The notes below the pieces were generated by a model. The model saw nothing but the letters and a program-made list of their open reading frames with translations. It did no database searches and had not been told where the DNA came from. This document shows positions 1-12,390 of a stretch of 64,000 bases of DNA, piece after piece. This DNA comes from Eledone cirrhosa (Eukaryota), in assembly GCA_964016885.1 (NCBI GenBank), contig OZ024741.1:352656001-352720000 (forward strand), read 5' to 3'. The first letter of the stretch is position 1. Each line of letters begins with the position of its first letter. The position numbers and the translations under genes were made by a program.

Positions 1-565
1 TTATTTCACCCACCCCTATTATTTGGGGTTCAAGAGTAGTTGAATACTTTATCAACTTGGTCATCTCATCTTTGCATTACATCAACATTAGCAATGAGGG
101 GAGTTACTACATGATTGTTCGATTGTACATGATTTGTGCTATAAATAATAGCCAAATCTCCCTAAAATCATACTTCACTGTCTGAGCTTTTTGTTTCATA
201 GATGCCATTTTGTTACTGAAAATTACAACTTCTTCCTGTAGAAGAGAAAATGTTAAACATGTTCAGAAAACCTTGAACTTTATAAATTAAAACAATGAAA
301 AAGTAAAATCTCAAATAGTATCCAAGAAATGGTATTTTATAATCAGGAAAAGACTTTATGCTCACCCTGCATATATATATATAAGAGTATCAAAATAGAC
401 AAATTGAGTTTGTGCTATTACGTTGAACTTTCCCACACGCTCAATGAATTCACGGGACTTGCACTTTCGAAGCGCCAGTCTGTGATTCCGGTCATATACA
501 TTTAGCTATTAGTGGTAAGTTTGGGATTATCTGCGGGTGTAAAAAAATATTTCCCGGACCATATA

Positions 566-1013
566 TCATCATCATACATCCACTTTTCCCTGCTTGCAAA
601 GGTTGGACGGGTCCTATTCAGCACACCATCTCTCCACTTGTCACAGTCCTTCGTCATCTCCTCGGTGAGTTTCAGCGATCTGAAGTCTGCTCTCACCACC
701 TCCGTCCATGTTTTTCGTGGTCTACCTCTACTGCGTCTTTCTTCTACTGGGATTTCTTGGCACTTCTTTACCCAGCGGTCATCCTCCATGCACATCCCAT
801 GTCCATACCATCTCCGCCTTCTCTCCTGCACACCACAACTTATCCCTCTTATACCCAGTTTCTTTCTCAACTCGTCTATGCTTGGTCGTTCACGCACATT
901 GGCATTGCACATCCAACGGAGCATACTTGCTTCATTTCTCTCCAGCAGTCGCATATCTTCTGCAGTTGCTGCCCATGTTTCACTACCATGCAGCATCGCG
1001 CATCTCACACAGG

Positions 1014-1020
<7 letters not shown>
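566..1020 (-). mobile_element. RTE-clade LINE, 5'-truncated 3' end
   Basis: ORF 502-1008 has RTE C-terminal motifs (MLHGSETW, MLRWMC, RRRWYGH, RSRGRPRKTW) and a (GAT)n tail. Confidence 0.9.
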
Positions 1021-1049
<29 letters not shown>

Positions 1050-1528
1050 GAGATAAACACAGATATATACATATATGTGTTCAAATCGTAAGGGACCAGA
1101 TTTGATAGGGTGAAAAAAATACTGACTATGAACAATGTGGTTTGCCAGACTCAATTTAAAAGAATAAATTAAGAAAAAATACAAACTGAAATTGTGACAA
1201 CTGTCAATTGTACATCCAGACAGCTTTTGGCAATGCTGTTTCGCAATTAAGTGGAAGGGAATTACCAATTCTATTGCTTGTCAGTGGCTGTTGAATTAGT
1301 AAACCCTTCATTTCTAAGTATCTCAGAAGACTGAATAGGCGCTTGTTTAAAATAGCGCACATGGCATTCAGAGCCTAGCGTTTCTCGTAAAACGTATGCT
1401 ACTAAAAATAGCAGCCAAGTTAACTCGGCATTTAAAGTAGCTCTACAAATTCAAGAAGCTGAATTTATCAAAAATATATATTGAGTTAGAAACTCAAAAT
1501 AGTCTCTTACAATTAAATAGCTCAAGGT

Positions 1529-1560
<32 letters not shown>

Positions 1561-1572
1561 GTGTGTATGTAT

Positions 1573-1690
1573 ATAATAATAATAATGAAAATTATTGTGT
1601 ACAGTGCTCAGGTGCACAACTTGTGAAAGGTACATGTATAGTACATAGAATAATGTCACGAAAGTAAACAGTGTATAAGTCATGATACAC
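1573..1690 (-). mobile_element. CR1-clade LINE 3'UTR fragment
   Basis: Matches the 3' end and (TTA)n tail of the CR1 element at 49868-50128 (attattgtgtacagtgctcaggtgcac...gtcatgatacac). Confidence 0.75.
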
Positions 1691-2299
1691 ACACACACAT
1701 GCCTGAGAAGAAGGCAACCTCCCTGGTTGCACCACTATAAAATGCACTTGGTACTCTGACACATTAACCATTTTTGGTATAATGTACTAAGTGCATTTTA
1801 TCATGTCAGAAACACTGGTGAGGTTGCCTTGTGTAAAGTAGTAGTGCTGGTGTCAAGAAAAATGCACCTAATACACTATTAAGGTAGAAACCATGCCAAG
1901 TATGGACTATATGAGCAAGATAAAGTCATCCTGTTCTTGGTCTGTGCCAACTTGTGGGAAGTAGACATTAAATGATGATAATGATATAATGCCACAGATT
2001 TCAGAAGAGGGAAATGTAAATTAATCCACTCCAGTAAATGACTAGTGCTAATATTAGAGGGTAGGATACAAATTGTTATTTACAGCGCTTTGCACTTCAT
2101 TCTTCTAAGGTTGATAAAATAAAGTAACTGGTCAAGTTCTGAGGTTGACTTTCCACTTCCCACAAATTGATGGCCTAAATTAGAAAGCATTACTAGGCCT
2201 GGAAAGATGAAAAACAGAGTGGGGTAAAAAGGGATAGAATGAAATACCAGGAGATATTTTGTCTGTTGCTCTACCGATTCTGCCATCTCACCCCCCTAT

Positions 2300-2510
2300 T
2301 CAATAATAATGATTTCTACTATAAGCACAAGGCCAGCAATTTTGGGTGAGGGGAAAGTTGATTAAATTGACCCCAGTGCATTACTGGTACTTTATTTTAT
2401 TGACTTGTAAGGACGAAAGGCAAAGCTAACCTCGGCAGGATTTGAACTCAAATTGTAAAGAGCCGTAACTCTATGCTGCAAAGCATGATGTCCAACGCTC
2501 TGCTGATTCT
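2300..2510 (-). mobile_element. tRNA-derived SINE, family B
   Basis: Reverse complement of the family B consensus (gagttcaaatcc..cgaggttagctttgcctttc..taaaataaagtaccagtaatgcactgggg). Confidence 0.8.
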
Positions 2511-3020
2511 TAATACTTTCATTATCATATTTCAAATGAAAGATAATTTAGAAAATAATCAAGAATTTGGAGAGATTATTATGCCAGTGTCTGAAATATA
2601 GCTTAATAAAGGTTCTCACATAAAATCATGATGGAAAGTGTTTAGATACATATAAATACATTAAAACAAAGTTTTGTATCGCAAAACGAGAGATTTGGCT
2701 TCAGTTGGTTTGATGACAATATCGATTGTCAAAAAAATATTTTCCCATTTCATGACAAAAAGTTGGCTCTGTGAAGTTATTTCTATTTAAAAATTAAATA
2801 ACAACTCTGAGTAAAGCTCCAAATATTTGATAAGGTATGTCAGATTTTCAGTTATTTATTTTGTATTTTATTTATTTATTATTGTTTAAATACTCATTTG
2901 TTGTGATCTTTTGTTATGAGGGTGGAGACACACCCGACTTCTATGGGACTAACTTCTTTTGGTTTCTCACATACACTCACACACTTACACACACAGTTTG
3001 TGTATGTATACATGTATGTA

Positions 3021-3066
<46 letters not shown>

Positions 3067-3967
3067 TATGTGTGTATACACACATCTCTCTCCCTCTCTG
3101 TCTCTCTCTCTCTCTATATATATATATATGTTAAACGAAGATGATGATGATACATATGTGTGTATATATACATATATATGTATCTGTATATATATATATA
3201 TACACATATATATATATAAACAGAAGGGATATTCAATTTGTTGGTAATTCAACAAATATAAATGTTTATAACTGATTCAGAGCACTCAACAAGTTTTCTG
3301 GAGTATAATATACAATGATAATAAATAAATGGAAACTATATTTATAAAACCATATTTATTCTATTATATATATTTCAAGGGTACCAACATTTTGGCACGC
3401 TATCATCAGATAAAATACGAAGTGTGTTTTATAAATTTTGACATAACCAAGGAGAATATACCTTAGCCGTTCAAGTTATCCTTGCAAGATTCTTGATGTA
3501 AAATAGTGTGTTGAAGCAGTTATTGTTGTACTTTAAGGGGGTCACGCACTGATTATATTTCAGTTCAGTTTTATTAATGAGTTAGATAATTACTTCATTA
3601 AGCTGTTGATTAATTGGATGTCACAGTCCATGACTCTATTAATGCCTATGATCCTTCAACCACCTCCTCTTTGCCACCTTATTAAATCTTTATGTCCTTT
3701 ACCACATGAAACCAAATTAGCAAGATATTTTTGAAAAGTACAAAACATCACAATGACTGCATGTCATTAAAAATTAATATTCTGTGTATTTCAATAGAAA
3801 TATGGTAATGACAGGGTTGATGACTGTGTGTCCTTGCACACCACCTCCTCTTTTTCTCATAATTACTCCATGTATTCTGCTTGCTTTTTAGTTTTGTTTC
3901 TACTGTTTGTATATATATGTGTACATTTTCATATATTTATGAATACATAGATACGCGTGTGTATATA

Positions 3968-4068
3968 CAGGGTGTCCTCCAAAAATGTATACATACTTTG
4001 ATTACCTGTACAAGCAATATTTATTAGAATGGTGTTGAAGTGTGCATAGATTTTTTTGGGACACCCTG
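3968..4068. mobile_element. Tc1/mariner-type MITE (101 bp)
   Basis: Imperfect ~31 bp TIRs CAGGGTGTCC...GGACACCCTG, flanked by TA on both sides. Confidence 0.8.
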
Positions 4069-4092
4069 TATGTATGTATATATATATATATA

Positions 4093-5095
4093 AAGGTGGA
4101 ACACTGGAAGGTAATATCCGTAGTGGTAGAGCACTCAGTCCATGGGATGAGTTAGGTAGAACTGGTAACACAACAGTTAGTTCACCATACCGAGAACAAT
4201 TGTTTCATCTTAGTGGATCCTCAGCTCGTAATGGTCATGGTTATACGGAATAGGAAGGACAACCGTATAAACGCGCATGCGCAGAAATGGCCACTTAGCC
4301 CAGGCAATACAAAACTGCGCACGAAAGGTGTAAGGGAGATAAGTGCGAAAGTCCGAAAGGTTCTAGTTAAGAAAATTAAGATGTTGTTGTTATTCAATCC
4401 GGAGCTTTGTAGTTATGTAAGAGGTGTTTCCAGACATGTGGACAACGTGTGAAGATTTCATTTCTTCAGTTTAGGCAATCGCTATTGTGTAATCTTTTTA
4501 GAATATTTATCCATTCATCAATACATATTCCACAAGACGGATTGCCCCTTGCGTATGGCTTGGACTTAGTGATGGCTTTGCATTGAATGGAGTAGTCTAT
4601 ACTTGAGTCCTTGAGGGACCATATATGGCTCGCGAGTTTCGTCGATCATCGTTTGTCCGGGTACCTAAAGGTCGACTGATGGTTCAGGAAGTGTTCCTTA
4701 AACCGGCCCTCCACCATACCCACATAGGATTTGACCTCCTGTGGTTGATTTAGTCGGTTGGAAGTGACCACAACTTCATAAACTACAGCGGGTGTGTTGC
4801 ATTGCTGTTGAAGGGGACAAGCTTCAGGCTTTCGGCAAGAGCACCCTGGTGGGGTATTGCAGTTATCTCCCTTACACCTTTCACCCGCAGTTTCGTATTG
4901 CCTGGGTGAAGTGACCATTTCTGCGCATGCGCGTTCATATGGTTGTCCTTCCTATTCCATATAACCATGACCATTATGAGCTGTGGATCCGCTAAAGTGA
5001 AACAATTGTTCTCGGTTTGGTGAACTAACTTCTTTATATATATATATATATATATGTATGTAAAAGGTAAACAGAAATAACAACACATAAATATG

Positions 5096-5135
<40 letters not shown>

Positions 5136-5225
5136 AAAGGTAAACAGAAATAACAACACATATATATGTATGTGTATATATATATATACATATGCATGTA
5201 AAAGGTAAACAGAAATAACAACACA
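4093..5225 (-). mobile_element. Penelope-like element remnant with GIY-YIG endonuclease and inverted duplication
   Basis: The minus strand reads CSCRKPEACPLQQQC..VVYEV..YVGMVEGRFKEHFLNHQSTF*STKLASHIWSLKD..PYARGNPSCGIC..LN*RNEIFTRCPH, a PLE GIY-YIG C-terminus with stops. 4175-4346 is an inverted copy of 4859-5030. Confidence 0.85.
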
Positions 5226-5273
5226 TATATATGTATGTACATATATATGTATGTATATATATCTATATATATA

Positions 5274-5306
<33 letters not shown>

Positions 5307-5344
5307 ATATATATATATATATATATATAATGACGTAATGTATA

Positions 5345-5674
5345 TCATCATCATCATCATCATCATTTTACGTCCACTTTTCCCTGCTTGCAAGGGTGGG
5401 ACGGGAACTGATACTGGCTTGATTTCTACAGCTGGATGCCCTTCCTAACACCAACCTCATTTACAGTGAGTGCTGGGTGCTTTTTTGCCGTGGCGCCTCC
5501 ACGGCCACTTTGCAATGGAATGATAGGGACCCCAGTCCCTATCATCTCATTTCTACAGCTGAGTAAACTGGAGCAATATGAAATAAAGTGTCTTGCTCAA
5601 GGAAACAACACATCACCTGGTCTGAGAATTGAACTCACAACCTTTCGATTGCAAGCCCAATGCTCTAACCACTA
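5345..5674 (-). mobile_element. tRNA/CORE-like SINE with RTE-derived tail, family A
   Basis: Near-identical reverse complement of 6307-6644. The tail cccttgcaagcagggaaaag..gacgtaaaatgatgatg is shared with the RTE 3' ends. Confidence 0.9.
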
Positions 5675-5731
<57 letters not shown>

Positions 5732-5735
5732 GACG

Positions 5736-5914
5736 TGGCAGTATTGGTAGAGGGTCGGACGCCATGCTTTGACGCATAGAGTTACGGCCCTTGCTATTCT
5801 GAGTTCAAATCCCGCTGAGGTTGACTTTGCCTTTCATCCTTACGGGGTCGATAAAATAAAGTACCAGTAATACACTGGTTAATTGCTGGCCTTGTGCCAA
5901 AAAGTAGAAACAAT

Positions 5915-5916
<2 letters not shown>
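5736..5916 (+). mobile_element. tRNA-derived SINE, family B
   Basis: tggcagtattggtagag A-box-like head, gagttcaaatccc B box, ends agtagaaacaattat. Embedded in (TA)n. Confidence 0.9.
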
Positions 5917-6644
<728 letters not shown>

Positions 6645-6678
6645 TATATATATATATATATGTAATATATATATATAT

Positions 6679-6840
6679 CCTTTCTGTTCAAACTGGCTGC
6701 AACCAGCCGCTCGTACTGATGCTGAGGTATTGTTCTCAAAATAAATAATATCAAAATCTGATTTTGATATTATGTGAGGTAAAGAAGCCTTTACCATGAG
6801 AATACAATAGTAAATATACAGTAATGCAAATTCTAAAGGG
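6679..6840. mobile_element. piggyBac-like TTAA MITE (partial)
   Basis: Ends ctaaaGGG-TTAA. Body matches 45288-45503. Confidence 0.75.
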
Positions 6841-7519
6841 TTAACACAAGATATAATATAAAACATTTAGGAGGAATTTATAGATTACTTGGAGCATTGT
6901 ATATGGTACAAAGAATTTGAAGTTTGAAAGCCACGCCAATGTGAAATGGACGAATAAACAAATAATTAAGTCATAAAAAATGAGGAGAGTTTTTACCTTA
7001 ATTTATTTATATGTCCTGATATTTTGAGATTAACATCTCTTCTCCCGAATTCTTGAAACATTTAGGTGTACCCACACACAGGTGGGAACCCACTAGTTAA
7101 GTCAGATCACTCCACTTTACTTCTTCCCCCATATATTATATACTTCCTAGTCATCACCAAAACCACTAAAAGTATTTCTTTTATAACTCATGATAATAAC
7201 AATAATAATATGTATGTTTCTGAATTCCATACACTCTTAAAAACAAAGAAAATGATTATAATAAATGGTTCATTTGTCCTATTTAACCCAGCACCACCAC
7301 CTGAACTCCACCTCTCAGCCAACAAAACAATGATTCCAGTATTATCAAACATTAAATTTTAAATTATTTAATAAGAAATAAAAATAAATTCAGTGTTATA
7401 AACTAATTTTGTATACAAATATTCATCTTTGTTTTGAAAGTTTAAAAAATATGTTTATATATACATTTATGTATGTGTATAAGTATGTATATAAATAGGT
7501 AACAGATTTCCTTTCAAAC

Positions 7520-7747
7520 ATGTTACATTGGAAACACAACTGTGCACCAGTTTAATCATTTTTATTAGGGATTTTTTTGTATTTTCTTCACGTTTAGTTT
7601 AGAAAAGTAGTGTTTGAAACATTAATAAACATATGGGTTTAGGAATACTACAGTTCCAAACTAAGCATTAAGAACTAATAAGGAAATATGAGAAGTCCTT
7701 GATGGATGTGCCCGGACTGGGAAGTAGTTGTGTTTTCAATATAACAT
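7520..7747. mobile_element. MITE with ~22 bp TIRs
   Basis: atgttacattggaaacacaact versus the reverse complement of agttgtgttttcaatataacat. Confidence 0.6.
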
Positions 7748-7926
7748 ATATACATACATTCATATATAGTTACATTCTTAAATATACATTTATATAAATA
7801 TTATATGTATACTTAGCTATAGATTTTTTTTTTTTTTTTTTAATAATTGTGTTGAAAGTTTTTAAAGTTTAATAATTGTGTTGAAAGTTTTTAAAATGTA
7901 ATATATATATATGTGTATATATATAT

Positions 7927-8240
7927 ATGTTGTTTCTTTGAGCAAGACACTTTATTTCACATTGCTCCAGTTTACTCAGCTGTAGAAATGAGATGATAGG
8001 ACTGGGGTCCCTATCATTCCACTGGAAAGTGGACGTGTAGGCGCCATGGCAAAAAAGCACCCAGCCCACACTGTAAAGTGGACATGTAGGCACCACGGAA
8101 AAAAAGCACCCAGCACTCACTGTAAATGAGGTTGGTGTTAGGAAGGGCATCCAGCTGTAGAAATCAAGCCAGAATCAGTTCCTGTCCCACCCTTGCAAGC
8201 AGGCAAAAGCGGACGTAAAATGATGATTATGATGATGATG
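7927..8240 (+). mobile_element. Family A SINE, 5'-truncated, with duplicated internal module
   Basis: Matches 6384-6644 with an extra aaaaagcacccagc..actgtaaag unit and a (GAT)n tail. Confidence 0.9.
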
Positions 8241-8300
8241 AATCGGTACAGTATGTGGAAGGTATATATTAGGTTAACGCTTGATATAGCAGGAAGAGGA

Positions 8301-8336
8301 TCTTAATGTTTCGGACGCTAGTCCTTCATCAGAAGA
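8301..8336 (-). ncRNA. Minimal type I hammerhead ribozyme motif (PLE-associated), one core-proximal mutation
   Basis: Minus strand tctt-CTGATGA-a-GGAC tagc GTCC-GAAA-CATT-aaga. Helix I is tctt/aaga and helix II is GGAC/GTCC. Helix III is inferred to be the palindrome ACGT, here ACAT. Confidence 0.65.
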
Positions 8337-8576
8337 AAGAATGAGAAATAAAATAGATTAAGGGGACGGGCGGGATGGAATTGGAAAAAGAGTCAGGACC
8401 ACAATAGCTGAGCTCTGGCTGTTTTGACAGCTGTCGGATCTAGCCGTCGAAACAGCCAGAGCTCAGCTGTCGGGGTCCTGACTCTTTTCCTATTACCCAC
8501 TCTACTACCCTAAGTATTGAGTACTCTGGTGTGTTATGGTCCGCCTGGTTCCTTACCACACTTTCTTTTAATATAT

Positions 8577-8612
8577 ATTTCTGATGAAGGATTAGCATCA
8601 GAAATGTTAACA
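8577..8612 (+). ncRNA. Degenerate minimal hammerhead motif (second, inverted copy)
   Basis: CTGATGA-a-GGAT tagc ATCA-GAAA-TGTT-aaca. Same layout with more mismatches. Confidence 0.5.
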
Positions 8613-8840
8613 CCCTATTCCTGCTATTTCAAGCGTTCACCTAATATATTCTTTCCTGTACTGTGCCGATTGTGTTGTTATTTCTGTTTACCTTTTACAC
8701 ACATACACATATATATATATATATATGTGTGTGTGTATATGTTTTCATATATTTATAATACATAGATATGTGTGTGTATATATATATATTATGATGTTTA
8801 TATATTTACAAATAAGATCCATTGTTATCTATAATTTCAG

Positions 8841-8910
8841 ATTGCTCAACTGTCTAAAAGCTGGTTCCGTGAAGAAAATTAACCGATTCCTTACTCCACT
8901 GGCTGGGCTG
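8841..8910 (+). CDS. LMO7: Internal coding exon (70 nt) of an LMO7/LIMCH1-like gene, calponin-homology domain
   Basis: Acceptor ataatttcAG at 8839-8840 and donor ctg|GTAAGA at 8911. Phase 2 in, phase 0 out. Encodes LLNCLKAGSVKKINRFLTPLAGL, matching the recalled LMO7/LIMCH1 CH segment LINKLKPGVIKKINRLSTPIAGL. The symbol denotes the family; invertebrates probably have a single co-orthologue. Confidence 0.88.
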
Positions 8911-9789
8911 GTAAGAATATTTTCATATTGTATATTTTTTATATCTTAACATCTATGGTGGTCTCCTAGAAAACCGTGTTTTTTATTTGGTGATTTTTGT
9001 TGATCTCCTCTACTGCGTCAGCTCTTATCTAGCAGGATTAGGATGAAGGGCCTCTTATTTGTGACTATATGAAGTTGCATGGCCTAGTACAGAGATGGGG
9101 AATCTGCTGCCTTCTATGCCTTATGAAAGAATAAAAAATATCCAACAAATTAAAAATCTTTACTAATGCTTTTATCTATCTCTTATTATTTTAATATAAA
9201 CCAAAAATGAATGGATTTTAAATACTAAAGAGTAAAAGAAAATTCAACGAAATAATCTACACTGATAGATAACCAGAATTAAAAATTAGTAGATCATAAA
9301 GGCCATTTCAGCACTTCTTATGCTCATGTTTTAGTTCTAATGCGATTCTAGAATGTACATTAAATTCTCGCTTGACTGGAACCACTATCACCTGAGGCTG
9401 GTTGGTGAGAACCTGTAGGGATTTAGTACACCAGTGATTATCAAAATGTTAAGAATATATAATTACTAGAATTATTTTCAACACGCTGATGAGTATGTGT
9501 ATATGTTTGTACGTGTGTGTGTATGTGCATATACATACATTTATATGTATGAGTATATAAATATAAATGTGCAAACACAGACATGCTCCCCTTCCTTCCT
9601 TTTACACACATACATTCACACAGACAGCAGACGTAAAGAGAGAGGAGCAGTATGAGGTAGTCAAATTACTCCTCTCTCTTTTTACATGTTGAGAGAATCG
9701 TAGAAATTTATATATAGTTGGTTTCTTGAATGCGGCCTTATTATATTACAAGTAACTTAATGCGGCCTTTCAACATGAAATGGTACCCA

Positions 9790-9997
9790 GTTCTGGCTTG
9801 GTGCTGTTGGACTCACAATCATAAGGTCATAGATTCAATTACTAGAGTAGGCAGTATATTGTGTTCTTTAGCAAGATGCTTCATTTCATATTGCTTTTCA
9901 TGATATCACTGGACCTCTTATTAAAACACCCAAGAAACTCCCTATGAGATGCAACCTTGCAGGAGGCCAGCTAAATTTACATGGATGTGAGCTGCAT
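9790..9997 (+). mobile_element. Degraded tRNA-derived SINE (family D)
   Basis: Shares tggactcac.atcataaggtcat and cctatgagatgca..gccagctaaa with 29390-29575. Confidence 0.6.
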
Positions 9998-10042
9998 ATT
10001 TATTTATTTTTTTTACTTTTAGACGCAGTGTATCTAAAATTA

Positions 10043-10393
10043 CTCTTGGGTCTCAAATAATCGTCCCCTCCACCCCATTTATTAATTTTTCAGACCCCTT
10101 CTCTGTTGTTATGCCACCCCACACTCCACTTATTAAATTTACTAATTTATCTCTGGCAAAATTTATTTTAGTTTCCTTTATACATTAAAAAAACTTACAT
10201 CACAAAAAAAGTACATTACAAAAAATCCTATATGTTATAAAATAAATAGCATGGGTGGGTGTTGGAGTGGTTTACAATATGTAAATTAAATGACTAATTC
10301 TGGTTATTTAAAAATCAACGGAGCGAACTTAGAAAAATTACCGATTTTCTGCTCCTAACCTGTTTATCCCCCCTATTATTTGGGACCCAAGAG
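10043..10393. mobile_element. MITE with CTCTTGGGTC-type TIRs
   Basis: TA-ctcttgggtctcaaataat at the left end versus attatttgggacccaagag at the right end. A similar right end occurs at window positions 13-36. Confidence 0.65.
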
Positions 10394-11093
10394 CACACTA
10401 TCGAAAGTGTCTTCCATTTTTTATTTTTAACAGTAAGCTATAAGTTGATGGTGATTGATTATGTGTGATAGTTCTTAGCCAGTAGAAACTCTGTTATTAA
10501 TTCATGTAAAATATGATTTTGGTGTTGGAGATTACAATCTCATACAGTTGAATTTTTGTGACTCCATTGATATATAACATATGATAATATTACACCGACA
10601 ACAGGTGTGGTATAACATGCTTGGCAGTATTGATAAAGCATCGGACAACATGCTTCATAGCATAGAGTTATGGCCCTTTACATTCTGAGTTCAAATCCCA
10701 CCAAGGTTAACTTTGTCTTTTATCTTTACGGAGTCAATAAAATAAAGCACCAGTAATGCACTGGGGTTGATTTAATCGACTTTCCCCTCCCCCCAAAATT
10801 TCTGGCCTTGTGCTTATAGTAGAAATCATTATTAGAGTGATAACATTGGTGTGGCATAAAATATGTAAGTGGTTAAATAACATTATAGGTGTTGAATAAA
10901 ATATGTAAATAGTTGACTAACATTATAGGTGTGGTACAACATATTATTACATTGATTACATAGTTGTAGTCTAACATAGGTTAGCAGTTACCTGACAATA
11001 TAGGTGTAGTATAACACATGAAAGCAGTTACCTGACAATGTAGGATGCAATATAAGTATTAATAATATAGGTTTGATATATATGTAAGTAGCT

Positions 11094-11725
11094 CTTCTTC
11101 GCCCACTTATTCTTGAGAGTGTTGTGGAGGAAGTGTACTTGAATACGCCTTCCAATCAATCTTCAATTGATCTTGCTGGATCCCCAGCGAGTCCTGTCTC
11201 CGATTGATCTAGCTGGATCCCCAGTGAGTCCCATCTCCGATTGATTTAGCTGGATCACCAGCGAGTCCTGTCTCAAATTGATCTGGCTGGATCCCCAGCG
11301 AGTCCTGTCTCGAATTGATCTGGCTGGATCCCCAGCAAGTCCTGTCTCGAATTGATCTGGCTGGATCCCCAGCAAGTCCTGTCTCAAATTGATCTGGCTG
11401 GATCCCCAAACGAGACCAGCCAAGCTCATGGATGTTATCCAACCATCTTGCTCGGCTTTTCCGCTTGGGTCTCCAGTTGGTTGGTTTTTGGCCATAAAAT
11501 CTGTTCAGTGATTCTTTCTTGAGACATCCTAACCACATGTCTGTAGTATCAGAGCTGTGACCTTCCAATTCAGAGTAGAAGTAGCTCTACCTGGAGTGAC
11601 TCTCTGATCTGAGCTACACACTCTATCAAGTAACGTTACTCCAAAGACTCTTCACAAGAACTTCATTTCAGCCGCTTGTATTCATGATTATTCTTTCAGT
11701 CATTACCCAAGATTCACGACCAACA
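11094..11725 (-). mobile_element. RTE-like LINE 3' fragment with internal 37-bp tandem array
   Basis: RPKRKSRARWLDNI motif and (GAA)n tail. Homologous to 22468-22790 and 25056-25215. Confidence 0.75.
11165..11410. repeat. 37-bp minisatellite, ~6.7 copies
   Basis: Unit aattgatctggctggatccccagcgagtcctgtctcg starting at 11165, 11202, 11239, 11276, 11313, 11350 and 11387. Confidence 0.95.
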
Positions 11726-12074
11726 TTAGTGTGATATATGCAAGTAGTTAAATAGGTAATATAGGTGTGTTATAACATATGTATGTAATTAAATAACAAG
11801 ATAGGTGCAGTATATAACACATGTATTTAAATAACAATAAAGGATATGGTGTAAAATCAATTGAAAAGAGAAGCAGGAAACATTGAAACAGATGAAAAAT
11901 GTATGCCTGTGGCATGAAAGAGTTGCAACTGTTTAAAGTTGGTGTAGGCAGGTTATTGCATTGCAAACCTATTCAAATGACCATGACAAAGAAAACAAAG
12001 AAAATGTTGCTGATGATAATGATGGTCATGATGATGAGGATGTGAATGAAGATGTGTGTATGTATGTGTGTGTG

Positions 12075-12390
12075 TGTTCATGTGCTTTAGTGGCTGTCGT
12101 GTTGGGTTTATGGTCATGTGTGTGATTCCCAGATAGGGCGATGCACTGTGTCCTTGAGCAAGGCACTTTATTTATGTGGCTTTAGTAGACTTAGCTGATT
12201 AAAAATGAGTTGTACTTGCAATTCAAGGGATTAGCCTTGTTATATTAGCCTTGTCACTCTGAATCTCCCTGAGAACTACATTAAGGGTACATGTGCCTGT
12301 GGAATGCTCATACACCTATACATTAATTTCCAGGGCTATTGTTCCATTGTGCAAGTAGCTGGAACATTTGTTGTCAGAACTGACAGAGGA
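12075..12390 (+). mobile_element. Degraded CORE-like SINE
   Basis: gtgtccttgagcaaggcactttattt core, followed by ctgaatctccctgagaactacattaagggtac. Confidence 0.65.

Larger units (their letters stand above)
8241..8700. mobile_element. Fold-back element of two inverted Penelope-type pseudo-LTRs around a central hairpin
   Basis: Arms 8241-8336 and 8578-8671 are reverse complements. Inner stem-loop at 8383-8490. Terminal 8671-8698 matches the motif repeated at 5059-5225 beside the PLE remnant. Confidence 0.75.
10560..11860. repeat. Diverged ~40 bp minisatellite (ataggtgtggtataacatatgtaagtagtta...) interrupted by a family B SINE (10618-10833) and a LINE fragment
   Basis: Recurring taggtgt...ataacatatg.aagtagtt units on both sides of the 11094-11725 insertion. 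Confidence 0.6.

Noticed and set aside
11165-11410. Regular 37-bp repeats suggesting a CRISPR array
   Set aside because: The units are contiguous with no unique spacers, there are no cas genes, and the context is a eukaryotic LINE.
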